The notes beneath the pieces were generated by a model. That model made no database searches. It saw nothing but the letters and a program-made list of their open reading frames with translations, and had not been told where the DNA came from. From positions 130,572,001 to 130,636,000 of the forward strand of contig NC_091980.1 of assembly GCF_044704955.1 (NCBI RefSeq): a stretch of 64,000 nucleotides of DNA, in the 5' to 3' direction. Source of the stretch: Pristiophorus japonicus. Taxonomy: Eukaryota. Positions 33,351-63,337 of the stretch are shown here, piece after piece. Positions within the stretch are counted from its first letter, which is position 1. Each line of letters begins with the position of its first letter. A program made the position numbers and the translations under genes.

Positions 33351-35111
33351 ACTGACTGGGATCAAGCTTTTTGTGTTTAGTACTTGCATTTATATAATCA
33401 GGCCAATATACTGTAGGGAATGAAGGCTTGTGGGTTTCAGCTCTTTTTGCACAAAGTCACAACAGTAAATAAACAGTTCAACATTGGGCTGTGTTTTGTC
33501 ACCTTGTAAATTTGAGTGGTTACTTATTTTTCATTTAACTTAACTTGATTTCCATCAAACAAGAATTACACTGACCTGTGCAACATTTATAGGGGATTCA
33601 GTCCTATGAAATGTGTTTTCCCCTTGTGTAATGTCTATGTATTGACTGGGCCATTCAGGCACCTGTTATAAGATCTAAAATGTTCAATGGTGTGTTTGGA
33701 CAACTGACAGTCCCATGGGATATTGGCCCAGTGACCAAAAGTCTGGTCAGAGGTATGTATTGAGAAGGTACAGAGATGTTTAGGAAGGCATGTCTAGAGC
33801 TTGGGACTGATAAGCTGTATCCAATGATCTGTCTTTGTACAAATGACAATTCAATCCAACAAGATGTAACATCTGCTAAACTCAGGGCCAATTTGCCAGT
33901 AATTCATTGTTGTACCATTTCAGTCCAATGACGAAAAAGTCCTGGATTAGCTTCCTATTTAGTCTATCTGCCTCGTGAACGAACAGCAGTTTGTATTCAA
34001 TAGCTGCAACAGATCCTCTTCAGTTATGCAGGTCGTTCAGTAATGGGACTCATCACTGCTGCTTTAGGCTTGCTGTTAAGCTTTGTAGGCAGAAAAGCAA
34101 TATCTCAGCACACTGAACTCTGGCCACCACAATTGGGTGAGGAGGGAAAGCAACAGCTGGCATCAGCTTGCTGTCATAGCTTCAGTGCTTCGTGCGGATA
34201 TCCTAGTCGTTCTGAGACAGCTTCTCTTCTGTCTGCTCCCCTAATGGTTGAATAACTTGCCAACACAACCTCCATTCAAACATGAATAAGGTATTGCAAG
34301 ACTAGCGATACTCCAACAACATTTACTACTTGGGGAAGGTGTAAATGTATTTAATTCCACAAAGCAAAAGGAACAAGATGTTAAACCCATTTCTGGCCAC
34401 AATGCCGAAGCACTCAATTTATAAGCCCATCAATTTTTTTTTTTGTTAGTAATGAAATTCACAGTGGTGCTATCACCCTGGATTCGATCTCCATTTCTCT
34501 CCTCCGTGGCTATGAATGGATACAAATGGTATTGCTGCAGCTCCAATAATCCAGTATTTACTAGTTATTTTTAGTAATTTAACTGTGTTGAGTGCAATTA
34601 AATAGCCATGTATAGACATTCCAGGTTAATGTCTTGGCAACACTCAAGCGCCTTTTGGCTATCGATGTTACAAAATGTCATATATTGATGAGCCACAGTT
34701 CCACGAGTCGGCCTGGGTTTGCGTGCTGATGGGTTTGATAGCTTCATGTATCAACAAATCTCCAGCTCACTCGATGTGAAACTTTACAGGTGCTCGTGTT
34801 TTAAGAATTACTTACAATTTACAGCACAGGAAAAAGACCATTTGGGCCAACTGGGCCATGCTGTGGTTTATGCTCCATGTGAAACTTGTCCCACCCCACT
34901 TCATCTAGACCTATTAGCATATCCTTCTACTCCTTTCTCCTTGTGTTTATCAAGCTTTCCCTTAAATGCATCTATGCTCTTTGCATTCAGAGTTATTACT
35001 GCGGGTAGCTCAGTAAACGCACTGCTGCTGCTGTGGATTTTCTGTTAAGCTGTGTGGGTAAAGAAGTGAGTAACAGCTATAAAGATCCGCAATGTTTGAG
35101 CTCAAGGACAG

Positions 35112-37690
35112 CATTTATTGTCTGTCACTAATTGCCTTTGAGAAGGTGCTGGTCAGCCATCTTCTTGAACCGCTGCAGTCTTGTGGTGAAGGTACTCCAA
35201 CAGTGCTTTTCGGGAGGAAATTCCTGGATTTTGCCGCAGTGACGAAAAAGGAATGGTGATATATTTCCAAGTCAGGTTGGTGTGTAACGTGGAGGTGAAC
35301 TTGCAGGTGATAGTATTCCCAAACTTCTGCTGCCCTTGTCCTTCTAATTGCTAGAGCTCGTGGGATGGCTTGTGCTGCTGAAAAAGCCTTGGCGAGTTGC
35401 TGCAGTGCATCTTGTTGATGGTACACACTGCAGCCATGGTGCACCGGTGGTGGAAGCAGTGAATGTGGAAGGTGGTGGATGGGGTGCCAATCAAGCTGCC
35501 TGCTTTGTCCTGGATGGTGTCGAGCTTCTTGATGATTGCTGAAGCTGCACTCAGCCAGTCAAGTGGAGAGTACTCCACCACACTCCTGACTTGTGCCTTG
35601 TCGATGCTGGAAAGACGTTAGGTGTCAGGAGGTGAGACATTCACCGCAAAATACCCAGCCTCTGGCCTGCTCTTATTACCAGACTTTTTATGCGGCTGGG
35701 CGAGTTCAGTTTCTGATCAGCGATGACCCCCAGGGGTTAATGCTGGGGAATTCAGCGGCAGTGAATGTTAAGGGCAGGTGGTTAGACTCTCGTTTTTTGC
35801 AGATAGTCATTGCCTGGCACTTGTGTGGTGCCATTGTTACTTGCCCATTATCAGCCCCACACTGAATGTCATCCAGGTCTTGCTGCATGTGGGCATGGAC
35901 TGCTTCATTTTCTGATGTCTTGCAAATGGAACAGAACACTGTGTAATCATCAGCAAACATTCCCACTTCTGGCCTTTATGATGGAGGGAAGTTCATTGAT
36001 GAAGCAGCTTGAGATAGTTGGGCCAAGGACACTGTCCTGAGGTATTCCTGCAGAGATGTCCTGGGGCTGAGATGATTGACCTCCAACAACCACTTCCTTT
36101 GTGCTAGATATGAGTCCAGCTCATCGAGAGTTTTCGATATTCGCATCGACTTCAATTTTGCAAGGGCTACTTGATGCCGCACTCCATCAGATGCTGCCTT
36201 GCTGTGAAAGGTAGTCACTCTCACCTCACCTGGAATTCAGCTCCTTTGTACATGTTTGGACCAAGGCTGCAACGAGATCAGGAGCTGAGTGGTCCTGGCA
36301 CAACCCAAACTGGGCATCGGTGAGCAGATTATTGTCGACAAAATCTTCCCTCACTTTGCTGATGATTGAGTGTAGACTGATGGGGTGGTAATTGGCCTAA
36401 ATGGATTTGTCCTGCTTTTTCTGGACAGGATGTACCAGAGCAGTTTTTCACATTCTTGGGTAGATGCCAGTGTCTCTGTACTGGAACAGCTTGGCTAGAG
36501 GTGTGGCCATGAATTTACAGATTGTGGTGCAATACAATTCTGCAGTTGCTGATGACCCACAGTGCCTCATAGATGCCCAGTTTTGAGCTGCGAGATCTGT
36601 TTTGAATCTATTCCATTTAACACTGTGGTCAAGCCACTCACCACGAAGGAGGGTGTCCTCAGTGTGAAGACAAGACTTTGTCTCCACAAGGACTGTATGG
36701 TGGTCACTGCTACCAATGCTGTCATGGACAGATGAATCTGTGACAGGTAGATTGCTGTGGACAAGATCAGTAGGTTTTTCCCTTGTGTTGATTCTCTCAC
36801 CATCTGTCGGAAGCCCAATCTGGATGCTATGTCCTTCCGGACTCAGCCCGCTTGCTCAGTGCTACCGAGCCCCTCTTGGTGATGGACATTGAAGCCGATT
36901 GCTATATCAGTGCTTCTTCCAAGTGGCCTTCAACATGGAGGTGTACTGATTCATCAGCTGAGCGCGGGTGGTAGGTGGTAATCAGCAGGAGTTTCCATGT
37001 CCAAGCTTGACCTAAACCCATGAGACTTGATAGGTTCCAGATTAAATGTTCAGGACTCCTACCGCTACTCCCTCCCGACTGTATACCACTGAGCCGCCAC
37101 TTCTGGTGTGTCTGCCCTTCTGGTGGGACAGGACATACGCAGGGATGGTGAAGGAGGAATCTGGGACATTGGCTGAAAGGTATGATTCTGTGATTATGAC
37201 TATGTCAGCTGTTGCTTGACTAACCTGTGGGACAGCTCTCCTCATTTAGGCACAAGATACCAGATGTTAGTGAGGAGGACTTTGCAGGGTCGACTGGGCT
37301 GGGTGTACCATTGTCATGTCAGAAGCCGGTGCCGAGGTCAATGCCGGGTTGTCCATCCTGGTTTATTCTAATTAATGTTTCTCGTAATGGTTTGTTATAA
37401 CTGATCGGCTTGCTAGGCCATTTCAGAAGGCAGTTAAGACTCAACCACATTGCTTTGGGTTTGGAGTCATATCGGCCAGATTTCCTTCCCGAAGGACATT
37501 ACTGAAGCAGATTGGTTTTTATGACAATCCGATAGCTCCCTGGGCAACATTACTGATACTGGCTTTTTATTCCAGATTTTAATTTAATTAACTGAATTTC
37601 AATTCCCCAGCTGGCGTGGTGGGACTTTGGATCATTAGTCCAGGCCTCTGGATTACTCGTCCAGTAACATAACCACGATGTTACCGCACT
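35112..37690 (-). mobile_element. Decayed CR1-clade LINE (paralogue of 10965-13540)
   Basis: Colinear with the unit 1 copy; same ORF fragments. Confidence 0.85.
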
Positions 37691-38362
37691 CTTTGCATCT
37701 CTCAATGGCACTTTTGGAGTATAGATGTCACCACAATTCATACATTGATGAGTCACAATTCTACAAGTCATGTTGGGTTTTGCGTGCTGATGAGTTTCAT
37801 GGCTTCATGTTTCAGATAAAACAAATTCTTCAGCTCACTCGATGTGAAAAACTTTACAGATGTCCTTGTTTTAAGAATTACATAGAATTTACAGCACAGA
37901 AAAAGGCCATTCAGCCTGGCAAATTGCAGTGGTGAGCGGTCCTTCTTGAACGTAAAACACATCTAGGATGAGGTGAGGAAACGAATGAGACAAGATCGAT
38001 TTAATAGTCTTTCAATCATGAGCATGGAGAGCGAAGTACTGAGAGGACTTGACTTCACACACTGAGCCTCCTCCCAACTTCATTTAACCCTATCAGCATA
38101 TCCTGCCAATCCTTCCTCCCTCATGTGTTTATCCAGCTTCACCTTAAACGCGTCTATGCTTTTTGTCTCAACTATTCCTTTTGATAGCGAGTTAAACATT
38201 CTGAACACTCTCTGAGTAAAGAAGTTTCTTTGAAGTCTCTCTTAGATTATTAATTCTAACTTTCTATATAATTCTACGGAGATCAGAACTTTGCACCATA
38301 CTCCAAGTGTTGTCTAGCCAAGGTTCTGTATAAACTTAACATGCTGCACAGGGATGTGGTTC

Positions 38363-39814
38363 TGTTCACCTCAACCGTGTTCTCCCTGTGGCCGAGGAGC
38401 TCCGTCCGGAGTCACAGTGCGTATTTCGTCCCCTACGGGTAACAACGGACATGATCTTTGCAGCACGCCAATTGCAGGGAAAATGCAGGGAGCAGCGCAT
38501 TTATACATGGCATTTTTCGATCTTATACAGGCCTTTGAGACTGTCGACCGTGAGGGCTTATGGAGCGTCCTCCCTCCATTTTGGATACCCCCAAAAGTTT
38601 ATCAACATCCTTCGCCTGCTCCACGTCGACATGCGGGGTCAAACAGGGCTGCTTCATCGCTCCAACGCTTTTCTCAATCTTCCTCGCTGCCAACTCCACC
38701 TTACTGTCAACAAGCTTCCTGCTGGAGTGGAACTAAACTACAGAATCAGTGGGAAGCAGTTTAACCTATGCCCTCTCCAGACCAGTGCAAGACCACCCAA
38801 ACCTCTGTCGTTGAACTGCAGTATGCGGACGACGCCTGCGTCTGCGCACATTCTGAGGCTGAACTCCTGGATTTAGTCGATGTAGTCACTGAGGCATATG
38901 AAATCATGGGCCTTGCACTTAACATCCATAAGGGAAAGTGCCTCCATCAGCCTGTCTTCGCCGCACAGCACGGCCCCCCAGACATCAAGATTCACGGCGT
39001 GGCTCTCGACAACGTGGACCACTTCCCATACCGTGGGAGCCTCCTGTCAACAAAGGCAGACATCGATGCGGAGATTCAATATCGCCTCCAGTGCGCCAGT
39101 GCAGCCTTCGGCTGCCTGAGGAAAGGAGTGTTCGAAGACCAGGCCCTCAAACCTACCACCAAGCTCACGCTCTACAGGACTGTCGTAATACCCACCTTGC
39201 TGTATGGATCAGAGGCATGGACGACTTGCAGAAGGCACATCTAGTCGCTGGAGATATATCACCAAAGATGCCTCCCGAAGATCCTGTAAATTCCCTGGGA
39301 GGACAGATGCACCAACATCAGTGTCCTCGCGCAGGCTAACATCCCCAGCATTGAAGCACTAACCACATGCGATCAGCTTTGCTGGGCAGGCCACTTAGTC
39401 CACATGCCAGACATGAGACTCTCTAAGCAACTGCTCTATGCGGAACTCCTTTATGGCAAACGAGCCAAAGTTAAGCAGCGGAAACGTTACAAGGACACCC
39501 TCAAAACCTCTCTGATGAAGTGCGACAGCACCACTGATGCCTGGGAGACCCTGGCCGAAGTCCATCCTAGTTGGAAAAAGTGTATCCGGGAGGGCGTTGA
39601 GCTCTTCGAATCTCAACGCTGCGAGCGTGAAGAGGTCAGGCAGTGGAAGGAAGGTGTGGTATATCAGTGCCACCCACCCCCTTCCCCCGACGAATATCTG
39701 TCCCATCTGTGACAGGGTCTGTGGCTTTCATGTTGGACTGTTCAGCCGCCAACGAACTCACTTTAGGAGTGAAAGCAAGTCTTCCTGGATGCTGAGCGAC
39801 TGCCTATGATGATG
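38363..39814 (+). mobile_element. RTE LINE (paralogue of 14216-15724)
   Basis: LRPESQCVFRP, QYADDA and the same tail; about 50-bp internal deletion. Confidence 0.9.
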
Positions 39815-40827
39815 GGTTCAGCTGCAGGTATTCCTCGCACTGAGCTCAGAACTGCGCCAATGGTTAACACTCATCTGTGCCTTTTTATCTCTAGAATTGA
39901 CTATTTCAATGCTCTCCTGCTGGCCTTACATGCTCCATAAACTTAAGCTTATCCAAAACTCTGCTGCCCGTATCCTAACACACACCTAGTCCCACTCACC
40001 CATGACCCCTGTGCTTGTGGACCATCATTGGCTCCCGGTCTGACAGCGCCTCAAATTCAAGATTCTTATCCTTGTATTAAAATCCCACCATGGCCCTTCC
40101 CTCACCTCTTTTCCCAGCACATTGATAATATCGGTGCTGTTTCCTGCTCTCACAATAAACTGGAACATTTAATTCACTATGTTCCCAATTTCCACCCTTC
40201 ACTCACCTTCACATGGTCCATTTCTGTCACTTCACTTCCCTTTCTCGACTTCTCTGTCTATCGTCTCAGTCTATCAGACAAATATCCAATGAGTTGTTTG
40301 GATGTTGCTTCAAACCCGCAGATACCTGCAAATGATCAACCCACTGAACAATCCAGAACTATTTAAAAGACACTGACTCGCAAACAACAGAGCATTCAAT
40401 GAATCATTCAAGGTGGCCATTAACTGGTCCAGGCAGAGCACGGTCGATGGGGTGTTCTCTCCGTCTGCCTGCCTCTCTTCTGCAGCTATATCCGTGCCCG
40501 GGTATCCCTGGATTGGGAGCACGCGGTGTCTGCCGGTATGCTTGAGGCTTTCCGTCATCGGAGGGCACCAGAGGGAGGGGAGCGCAGCGTGGATACAGGG
40601 AAATAATTTAAAATTTTTAAAGTTTTTATGTTAGTTTTGTCATAATGTGGGTCTGAAAGTTTATTCCCCCTTATAAAGGGAGCAGTTATGGGTTAAGTGT
40701 TTCCGATAGCTGAATTCAACATTCCAATTAATTAGCCCAAAGAATAGAGAATCCAATTAAACCTGTGACTCTGGATATTTGAACTGTGTTTGAGGAAAGT
40801 TAGGACAATTGAGACCCTCATTGAGTT

Positions 40828-40996
40828 GTCAGCCAATGATGCTCATTCTTCAAAGATCTGACTGGCTCTGGGAGTCCATCTCCCTCCTTCCTTTACTTGA
40901 TTGGTGCTTTGAGAAGATGCAACTTCTGATTGGGTACTGATGACTGTCACTCATCATCAAGAATGCCACACCCTGGATTATCCCTCAGTATAAATA
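40828..40996 (+). promoter_or_regulatory. B2 promoter
   Basis: Paralogue of the B1 promoter; TATAAATA at 40989-40996; one ATTGG is mutated to ACTGG. Confidence 0.65.
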
Positions 40997-41071
40997 TAGG
41001 TGTTTGAGATTGACAAAATGTTACCTTTGCACTTCTACAAAGTTTTTATTTTGGAAAAATAAAATATTAAG

Positions 41072-56101
<15,030 letters not shown>

Positions 56102-56679
56102 TCAGTACTCGTGTTTATACAACGGGTGATATACTCTGTCCTACATAGAATGGTGGCTTTGTACAGGCTGAGACCTGGGCTCTTGATGTGAAATGTAATC
56201 AACTGTAAATAAACTGTTCAATATTGAGCTGGGTTTTTTCTCTTTGCAAGTTACTGGTTGCTTATTTTCGATTTACCATAACTTGCAGCACAAGTATTGC
56301 ACTCGGTTATGCAACAATCATACATTGGCCCTCTGTGCTGTAACCACTCAGCCTGTTGAGCCTCTGCTGGCTCTCCAAGAGCACTTCAGCTCGTCCTACT
56401 CCCTTGCATTTTCCCTGTAGCCTGCAATGTTTTTCCTTCATGTCCCTGTTCAATCCTATGATTGAAACTGGCTTCACCACCCCCTCGGGCAGTGCAATCC
56501 AGATATTATCCACTCACTGCATAAAAGTTTATCCTCATGTCAGCTGTAGTTCTTCTGCCAATTGTCTTAAATTTGTGTCTGCTGGTTGTCGTCCCTGCTG
56601 TCAGTGCAAACAGTCCTATAATTTTTTGCTTTGCTGGAATAATTTCAATATATTGACATTCCTATTCACAAAAACATAA

Positions 56680-58625
56680 ATCGGAGCAGTAGTAACCCAT
56701 TTGGTCATGTGAAGCCTGCACCGCCATTCAATATGATCATTACTGATCCTTTACCACCACCATGTTCATGCTTTTACCCCATAGCCCTTGATGCCTTTTG
56801 TATCAAGATATCTCACATCATCCTTAAATATATTCAGCAATTGGGCTCCACTGCCTCCTGTAGTCAACAGTTCCCCAGCTTCTCTATCCTGAGTGAAAAC
56901 ATTTCTCATCTCAGCGCTAAATTTCCTACCCCGTATCCTGAGCCTGTGACCTTTTGTTCTCAACTTCCCAGCCAGGGGGTACTTCCTCCCCACATCCAGT
57001 CTCCAAACCAGTCTGAATTTTATGATTCATTAAGATCCCCTTTCACTCTTCTGGTGAATACAGGCCTGGTCAACCCATTCTCTCTTCACATGACAATCTT
57101 TCCATCCAAGGAATCAGTCTGGTGGAACTTCGCTGCGCTCTTTCTTGGTTAAAGAGACCCAAAACTGTGCACAATACACCAGGTGTCATTTCACCAAGGC
57201 TGTGTATAATTGTTGTAAGACATCCTTGCTCCTGTACAGTGGAAAAAAATTGTAAATATTACATTTGGTTTCTTCCTCCTCCAAATCTATTTATATACGT
57301 GACGAGCTGGGGCCCAAGCACTGATCCCTGTGGTATCCCACTCGTCACTGCCCACCACCCAGGAAAAGACCTGTTTATTCCGACTCTGTTTTCTATCAAT
57401 TAACTAATTTTCAATCCATGGCAGTATATTACCCCCAATCCCATGTGCTTTAATTTTGCTCACTAACCTCTTGTGGGACTTTATCAAAGGCCTTCTGACA
57501 ATCCAAATACACTACATCCACTCGTTCTCCCTTATCTAATCTCAGTTACATCCTCAAAAAAGAAACTCCAGTAGGTTTGTCAAACACCATTTTCATTTCA
57601 TAAATCCATATTGACTTTGTCTAATCGTGTTGATATTGTCTCAGTGTCCCTTTATCACATTCTACTAATGTTAGGCTAACCGGGCTGCAGTTACTGTTTT
57701 GTTTCTCCTCCCTTTTTAAAAATAGTGGGGTTACATTTGCCACAATCCATTCTGCGGCAACAGTACCATAATCTGTAGAAATTTGGAAGATGATAACCAA
57801 TGCATCCACTATTTCCATGGCTACCACTTTTAGTACTCTGGGATGCAGATTATCAGGCCCTGGGGATTTATCAGCTTTCAGTCCCATTAGTTTCTCCAGT
57901 ACTATTTTCTTACTAATAATCATTCTCTTTAATTTCTCTTGCTCACTCGACCCTTAGTTCCCTAGCATTTCTGGGATGTTATTTGTGTCCTCTTCTGTGA
58001 AGACAGAACCAAAGTATTAATTGTTCTGCCATTTCCTTGTTCCCCATAATTTATCCCATTTGTGACTGAAAAGAACCTACATTTGTGTCTCTTTCTTTTT
58101 ACATACTGGGAGAAACTTTTACAGTCGGTTTATATGATCCTTGCAAGTTTAGTCTCCTATACTATTTTCCCCCTCTTAAACAATCTCTTGGTCATTTTTT
58201 GCTGAATACTAAACTGCTCCCAATCCTCAGGATTGCTACTTGTTCTGGCAACTTTGTATGACTCCTCTTTGGATCTAATCCTAACCTTAATTTCTTGTGT
58301 AAACCATGGTTGGGCTACTTTTCCTTTTGTCTTTGCAGCATAAAGGAATGTATAATTGTTGCAATTTATGCATGCGTTCCTTAAATGTTAGACATTGACA
58401 AAACACTATCATGCCTTTTAATGAATCTTCCCAATCTGTCATAGCTATTCCTCATACCTTTGTAGTTTCCTTTGTGTAGATTTAGGACCTAGTTTTGGAT
58501 TGGACAACTTCACTTTCAGTCTTCATGAAGATTGAAAATCATGTTATGAACATTCTTCCCTAAAGGATCCCGCACAAAAAGACTATTAATTAACCCCTTC
58601 TCATTGCACAATACCCAATCTACGA
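56680..58625 (-). mobile_element. Decayed CR1 downstream of B2
   Basis: [18 protein letters not shown]...NVTPLF; paralogue of 26330-28250. Confidence 0.85.
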
Positions 58626-59213
58626 TAGCTATTCTGACATGTTGAAGACCTAATTTCACTTGCATGTATATGTAATGACTCAAAAATCTGGTTACTGTAA
58701 ACTCACTCAGGTGCAACATCATCCATCTTTATTCCAGTGCCAGTGTGACAAAGACACCCAGCTTATATACAGGTGATCAAGCACACATGCCACGTGTATA
58801 CAGCCCGATGATCTCCGACCGCAGCGCCCTCTGGTGTCTTGTGACTACCAAGCATTAATCCATAAGAGTATATCTTGCAAATTCTATTCATGCATTTCAA
58901 TCGAGCATTGCAATGCTGTAATCCAACAATTGAAAATGATCACGTTTGTTCAGCCACATAAGGCAGTGGGGCCACAGGTACAATTTGGTGTCTTAAAGGA
59001 GGCAGAGAGGTTTACATAACATTCGTATGCCATTTGGCACCTCGAGCCTGTTCCGCCAATCAGTAAAATCGTGACTGGTCTGATCTTGGTCTCAACACTT
59101 TCCTGCCTGTTCCCCATAACCCTTGACTCCGCTATTGTTAAAAAATCTATCTATCTCCACCTTAAATGTATTCAATGACCCTGCCTCCACACACGCACAC
59201 GCACACAGACACA

Positions 59214-59369
59214 CAGTACTGAGGGAGTGCCGCACTGTCAGAGGGGCAGGACTGAGGGAGTGCAGCACTGTTAGATGGGCAGTACTCACAGGATTCTTCA
59301 CTGTCGGAGGAGCAGCACTAAGGGATTGCCACACTGTCTGAAGGGCAGTACTGAGGGATTGTTGTACAG
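59214..59369 (+). repeat. 33-bp minisatellite, about 4.7 units
   Basis: Paralogue of 1166-1321. Confidence 0.9.
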
Positions 59370-60867
59370 ACTCATGTTTGATTCAAGTGGGTCAACTGTG
59401 CTCATTGGTGGCATCTCCCCCGAAAGGGTAGTGTCTGTGGTGTGATTGGTGGCTCCGGATCTGAATCACTGCCGCACTCTCTGCCCCATCTAAAGCAGAG
59501 TTTTAATCCAAGGGAACACCTCTCATCAGCTCATCCAGGACTGAACCACTTCTGCACTGAAACCAGACGTCACGGCTTTGGATCTCCGGGATACACCAGC
59601 ATGAAAGGTCAATGACCAGAGGGGAGAGATGAGGACGATTATTTTAACGCAACGAGTTGTTGTGATCCGGAACGCGCTGCCTGAAAGGGTGGTTGAATCA
59701 GATTCAACAGTAACTTTGAAGAGGGAATTGCATATATACTTAACAAAAGTTGCAGGGCTATGGGGAAGGAGCTGAGGAGTGGGACGAATTGGATCGCTCT
59801 GACAAAGTGCCTGCACAGGCACGATGTGCCGAATGGCCTCTTTCTGTGCTGATAGAATCTATGATGAGCCAGACAGTTAGAGCATATCTGAGCCTCATCA
59901 TTTCAATCAGATTTAAATATTCATCATTTCAATCAGATTTAAATATTTTTTCGAGTCACTGATAACCGACTGTAAAAAGACACGTCTAACACATCAAATT
60001 GAGGGGCAGGAAAAGATCAGCTGGTCCATCAAGCCTGCCCCAAAACATGCCGGAGCAAATCATAGAATCATAGAATGGTTACAGCACAGAGGGAGGCCAT
60101 TCGGCCCGTCGAGCCCGTGCCGGCTCTCTTCAAGAGCACTTCAGCTCGTCCCACTCCCCTGCCCTTCCCCTGCAACCCTGCTATTAATTTTTCCTTCAGG
60201 TACTTATCCAATTCCCTTTTGAAAGCCACGATTGAGTCTACCTCCACCACCCTCTCGGGCATTGCATTCCAGATCCCAACCACTCGCTGTGTAAACATGT
60301 CGCCTTTGGTTCTTTTGCCAGTCACATTAAATCTGTGTCCTCTGGTTCTCGACCCTTCTGCCAATGGGAACTGTTCCTGTCTATCGACTCTGTCCAGACA
60401 CCTCATGATTTGGAATCCCTCTATCAAATGGAGATGTGGGTGACAATGTGTTCAGTCATGTTCATTCCCTCTCATTCTCACTCAATATATTGAATTTTAC
60501 CAGGCATCATTCCATGAGAATAAAAATGACAGATCGTTGATGCCCCCATGTAGCCAATCCTCAGACACATGCCCATTCTCTATATTCGAACTGGGGGCAG
60601 TTCACACCACCCACAAGATGGAATTCCCATTCCACTGGCCAATGCTTGGTTTGTAAATGCACCAAGACGACTTGATTGCTTTGAATATTGTTTCAGTGCC
60701 ACAGAAACTTGCAAGTAACAAACTTCGCCAGATTGTGAAAAACTCCTTTGGCGAAAGTAGAAAATTATCATTTCATTCAAGTGAGAGCTTGAAACAACGG
60801 CACACTTTCAGATTTGAAGACGTTCAAGGAACCCAAAGGCAGTGACATCACCAAGACTGATCTTCCC

Positions 60868-61009
60868 CAGCCCCCTCCGCCGAACCCCCTCTCCTTTGTT
60901 AATTGGTGCCTTAATTCAGGGAAGATTCCTGATTGGCTCTGAGGGATTGTCAATCATCATTGGTGATGTCATACCCTGTTTGAATGCAGCTGTTCCAATA
61001 GTATAAATA
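60868..61009 (+). promoter_or_regulatory. A3 promoter
   Basis: Paralogue of the A1 promoter; TATAAATA at 61002-61009. Confidence 0.65.
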
Positions 61010-61077
61010 CAGTAGCTTGTGCAAGATAGAGTGAGTTCTAGAACTGTGCAGGTGATAGTGAAATATAGATAGAGAAG

Positions 61078-63119
61078 ATGGCCTCCCAAGTGCGTCAGAA
61101 CTTCCACAAGGACTGTGAGGCTGCTGTCAACAAGCAGATCAACATGGAGCTCTGTTCCTCCTATGTTTACCTCTCCATGGTGAGTTGTGTATTCTTTGTT
61201 GCTGCATTCTGAAAAGTTGTTAATTCTCCAGTTCAATGAATTGGCTTTAAGTTGTATTTCTCTTGACTTCCTTCCCTGGGGGAGCAGAGTCTTTGGGCAG
61301 TGAGAACTTCAGCTGTGTAATACAGGGGATCTTGTTGAGTTCATGGACTGCTCCTGACAGCAGCTGCCCTCTATTGAGGTTTAATATTGGAAACCAGCTC
61401 AGCTGCTGCCTGAGTGTGTGACAGAAGAGCACAAACCTGGTCAGGGGCCTGTTGACCTGAGACAATGTTCAGTTTCAGTGGGGGACTGCAGTGAGTGAAA
61501 TGTGGGTAGGTTCTCATTAGTGCTCTCATTAATTGGAGGTGATGTACTGAGAATCCTGCTGTTGGAGCCCTGCTCACTGCTGAGATCTCTTGCACTATTG
61601 TTGTGTAAACTACTGGAGTGGAGGATTTTTCTCACTCCATGTCCACACTTTGATTTAGAATGGAAGAAGAATCATTTCTATAATGCCTTTCACTACCTTG
61701 GAATATCCCAAGTGCTTTGTAGCCAATGAAGGAGTTAAGTGTAGTTACCTGTTATGTGGGAAATGCAGCAGCCAATTAGTGCACAGGATGCTCCCACAAA
61801 CTGAAATGAGATAATGATCAGATCATCTGTTTTAGTGGTGTTGGTTGAGGGATAAATATTAGCCAGGACACTGCAGAGAGCTCCTTGCAGTAGTATCTAG
61901 AACATGGAGAAGGCTTGAGGGACCAATGGCTGACTCCTGTCATTCACTAAGATCATTGCTAATCTTGTACCTCAACTCCACCTCCTGCACTGTCCCCATA
62001 TCCTTTGCTATCCAAAAATCTATTGCTCTTGAATATACTCAATGACTGGAATTCTCTAACCCAGGAGCTGTGGAGGCTCAAAGAGTCATCATGGAGTGAA
62101 GAAATTTCTCCTCATCTCAGTCCTCAATGACCCCTGGTTCTAGTCTCTCTCCAGCAAGGGGAACCATCCTCCCTGCATCCAATCCTTCAAGTCCTGTAAG
62201 AATTTTGTATATTCCTAATGACATCACCTCTCATCCTTTGAACCTTGAATAGAGGCTCAGTCTGCTCAATCTCTCCTCCTTGATCTTTCACATCCACCTC
62301 ATGACTGACACACTCTTGTGTGAATGGCAGAAAGTAGAGGAGTTATTGCTTATCCAGGAGTAGAATTTAGTTTGACTGGACATGAAATATAATCCTGAAC
62401 TTTAGTTTTATATGTTCAACCAGCAAAGGAAAAACTTTCATCATGCTATGGGGAGGTGAGGCTCAACTCCAATTGATGAAGTCAATGGCATTTTGCTAGT
62501 TTACAAATGGTGTCTATCTTTTTAAGAATTCATTCATTCTGGGGAAAAATAACTCTTGCATTGTATATGAAGATCAAGGTCTAAATAGGCTGTCTTAATT
62601 TCTCTCTGCAGTCCTTCTACTTTGACCGGGATGATGTTGCCCTGTGTCACTTTGCTGAGTTCTTCAAGGAGCAGTCACATGAGGAACGTGAGCATGCTGA
62701 GAAACTGATGCAATTCCAGAATCGCCGTGGAGGACGGATCATCTTGTCTGACATCAAGGTTTGGTTCAATTATTTAGTGGCCTTCTGTCTGGATACCCTT
62801 AGACCTGATTGTTTCAAATACCTCCTAAAGCAATTGATTCCGTGGTAGTGGAATTCAGTAATTCTATATTCCTGTGACATTATTTATGGTAAAATGGACT
62901 TCTGGTTGCTTTTTTATCCTATTTTTCTTTGTACTGTCTTTTGTATTTTGTTTGTTCCATTGTAAGTGAACTACCTGTGATTTTCCTCTTCAGAAACCAG
63001 AGCAGGATGAGTGGAGCAATGGTCTGGATGCAATGCAGAGAGCTATGCAGATGGAGAAGAATGTGAACCAGAGTCTGCTGGATCTGCACACAATCTCCAC
63101 TGGGAGCACTGACCCTCAT
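61078..63119 (+). CDS. FTH1: Ferritin heavy/middle-type subunit, type A copy 3 (exons 1-3; exon 4 lies beyond the window)
   Basis: Exons 61078-61179, 62612-62758, 62994-63119. [48 protein letters not shown].../KPEQ...RAMQMEKN...[11 protein letters not shown]. Symbol is family-level only. Confidence 0.9.
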
Positions 63120-63337
63120 GTAAGTTCCTCATGTGGGTTTCTGGGCAACTTGGAGGTGGTGGAACATTGCTATCCTTGAGCTGTTTCAAAAGTGCTCCAT
63201 GTCCAATAGCTTTGTTTTTAGGGGGGGTGGTCTCTCTTGGGTTCTTCAGGGGGTGGGGGAGAGGACCATGAAATTGTCCAACTGTGGACATTGAGACATA
63301 AATGGGTCCCAATGTTTCCAGGATCTGAGCTCTCATT

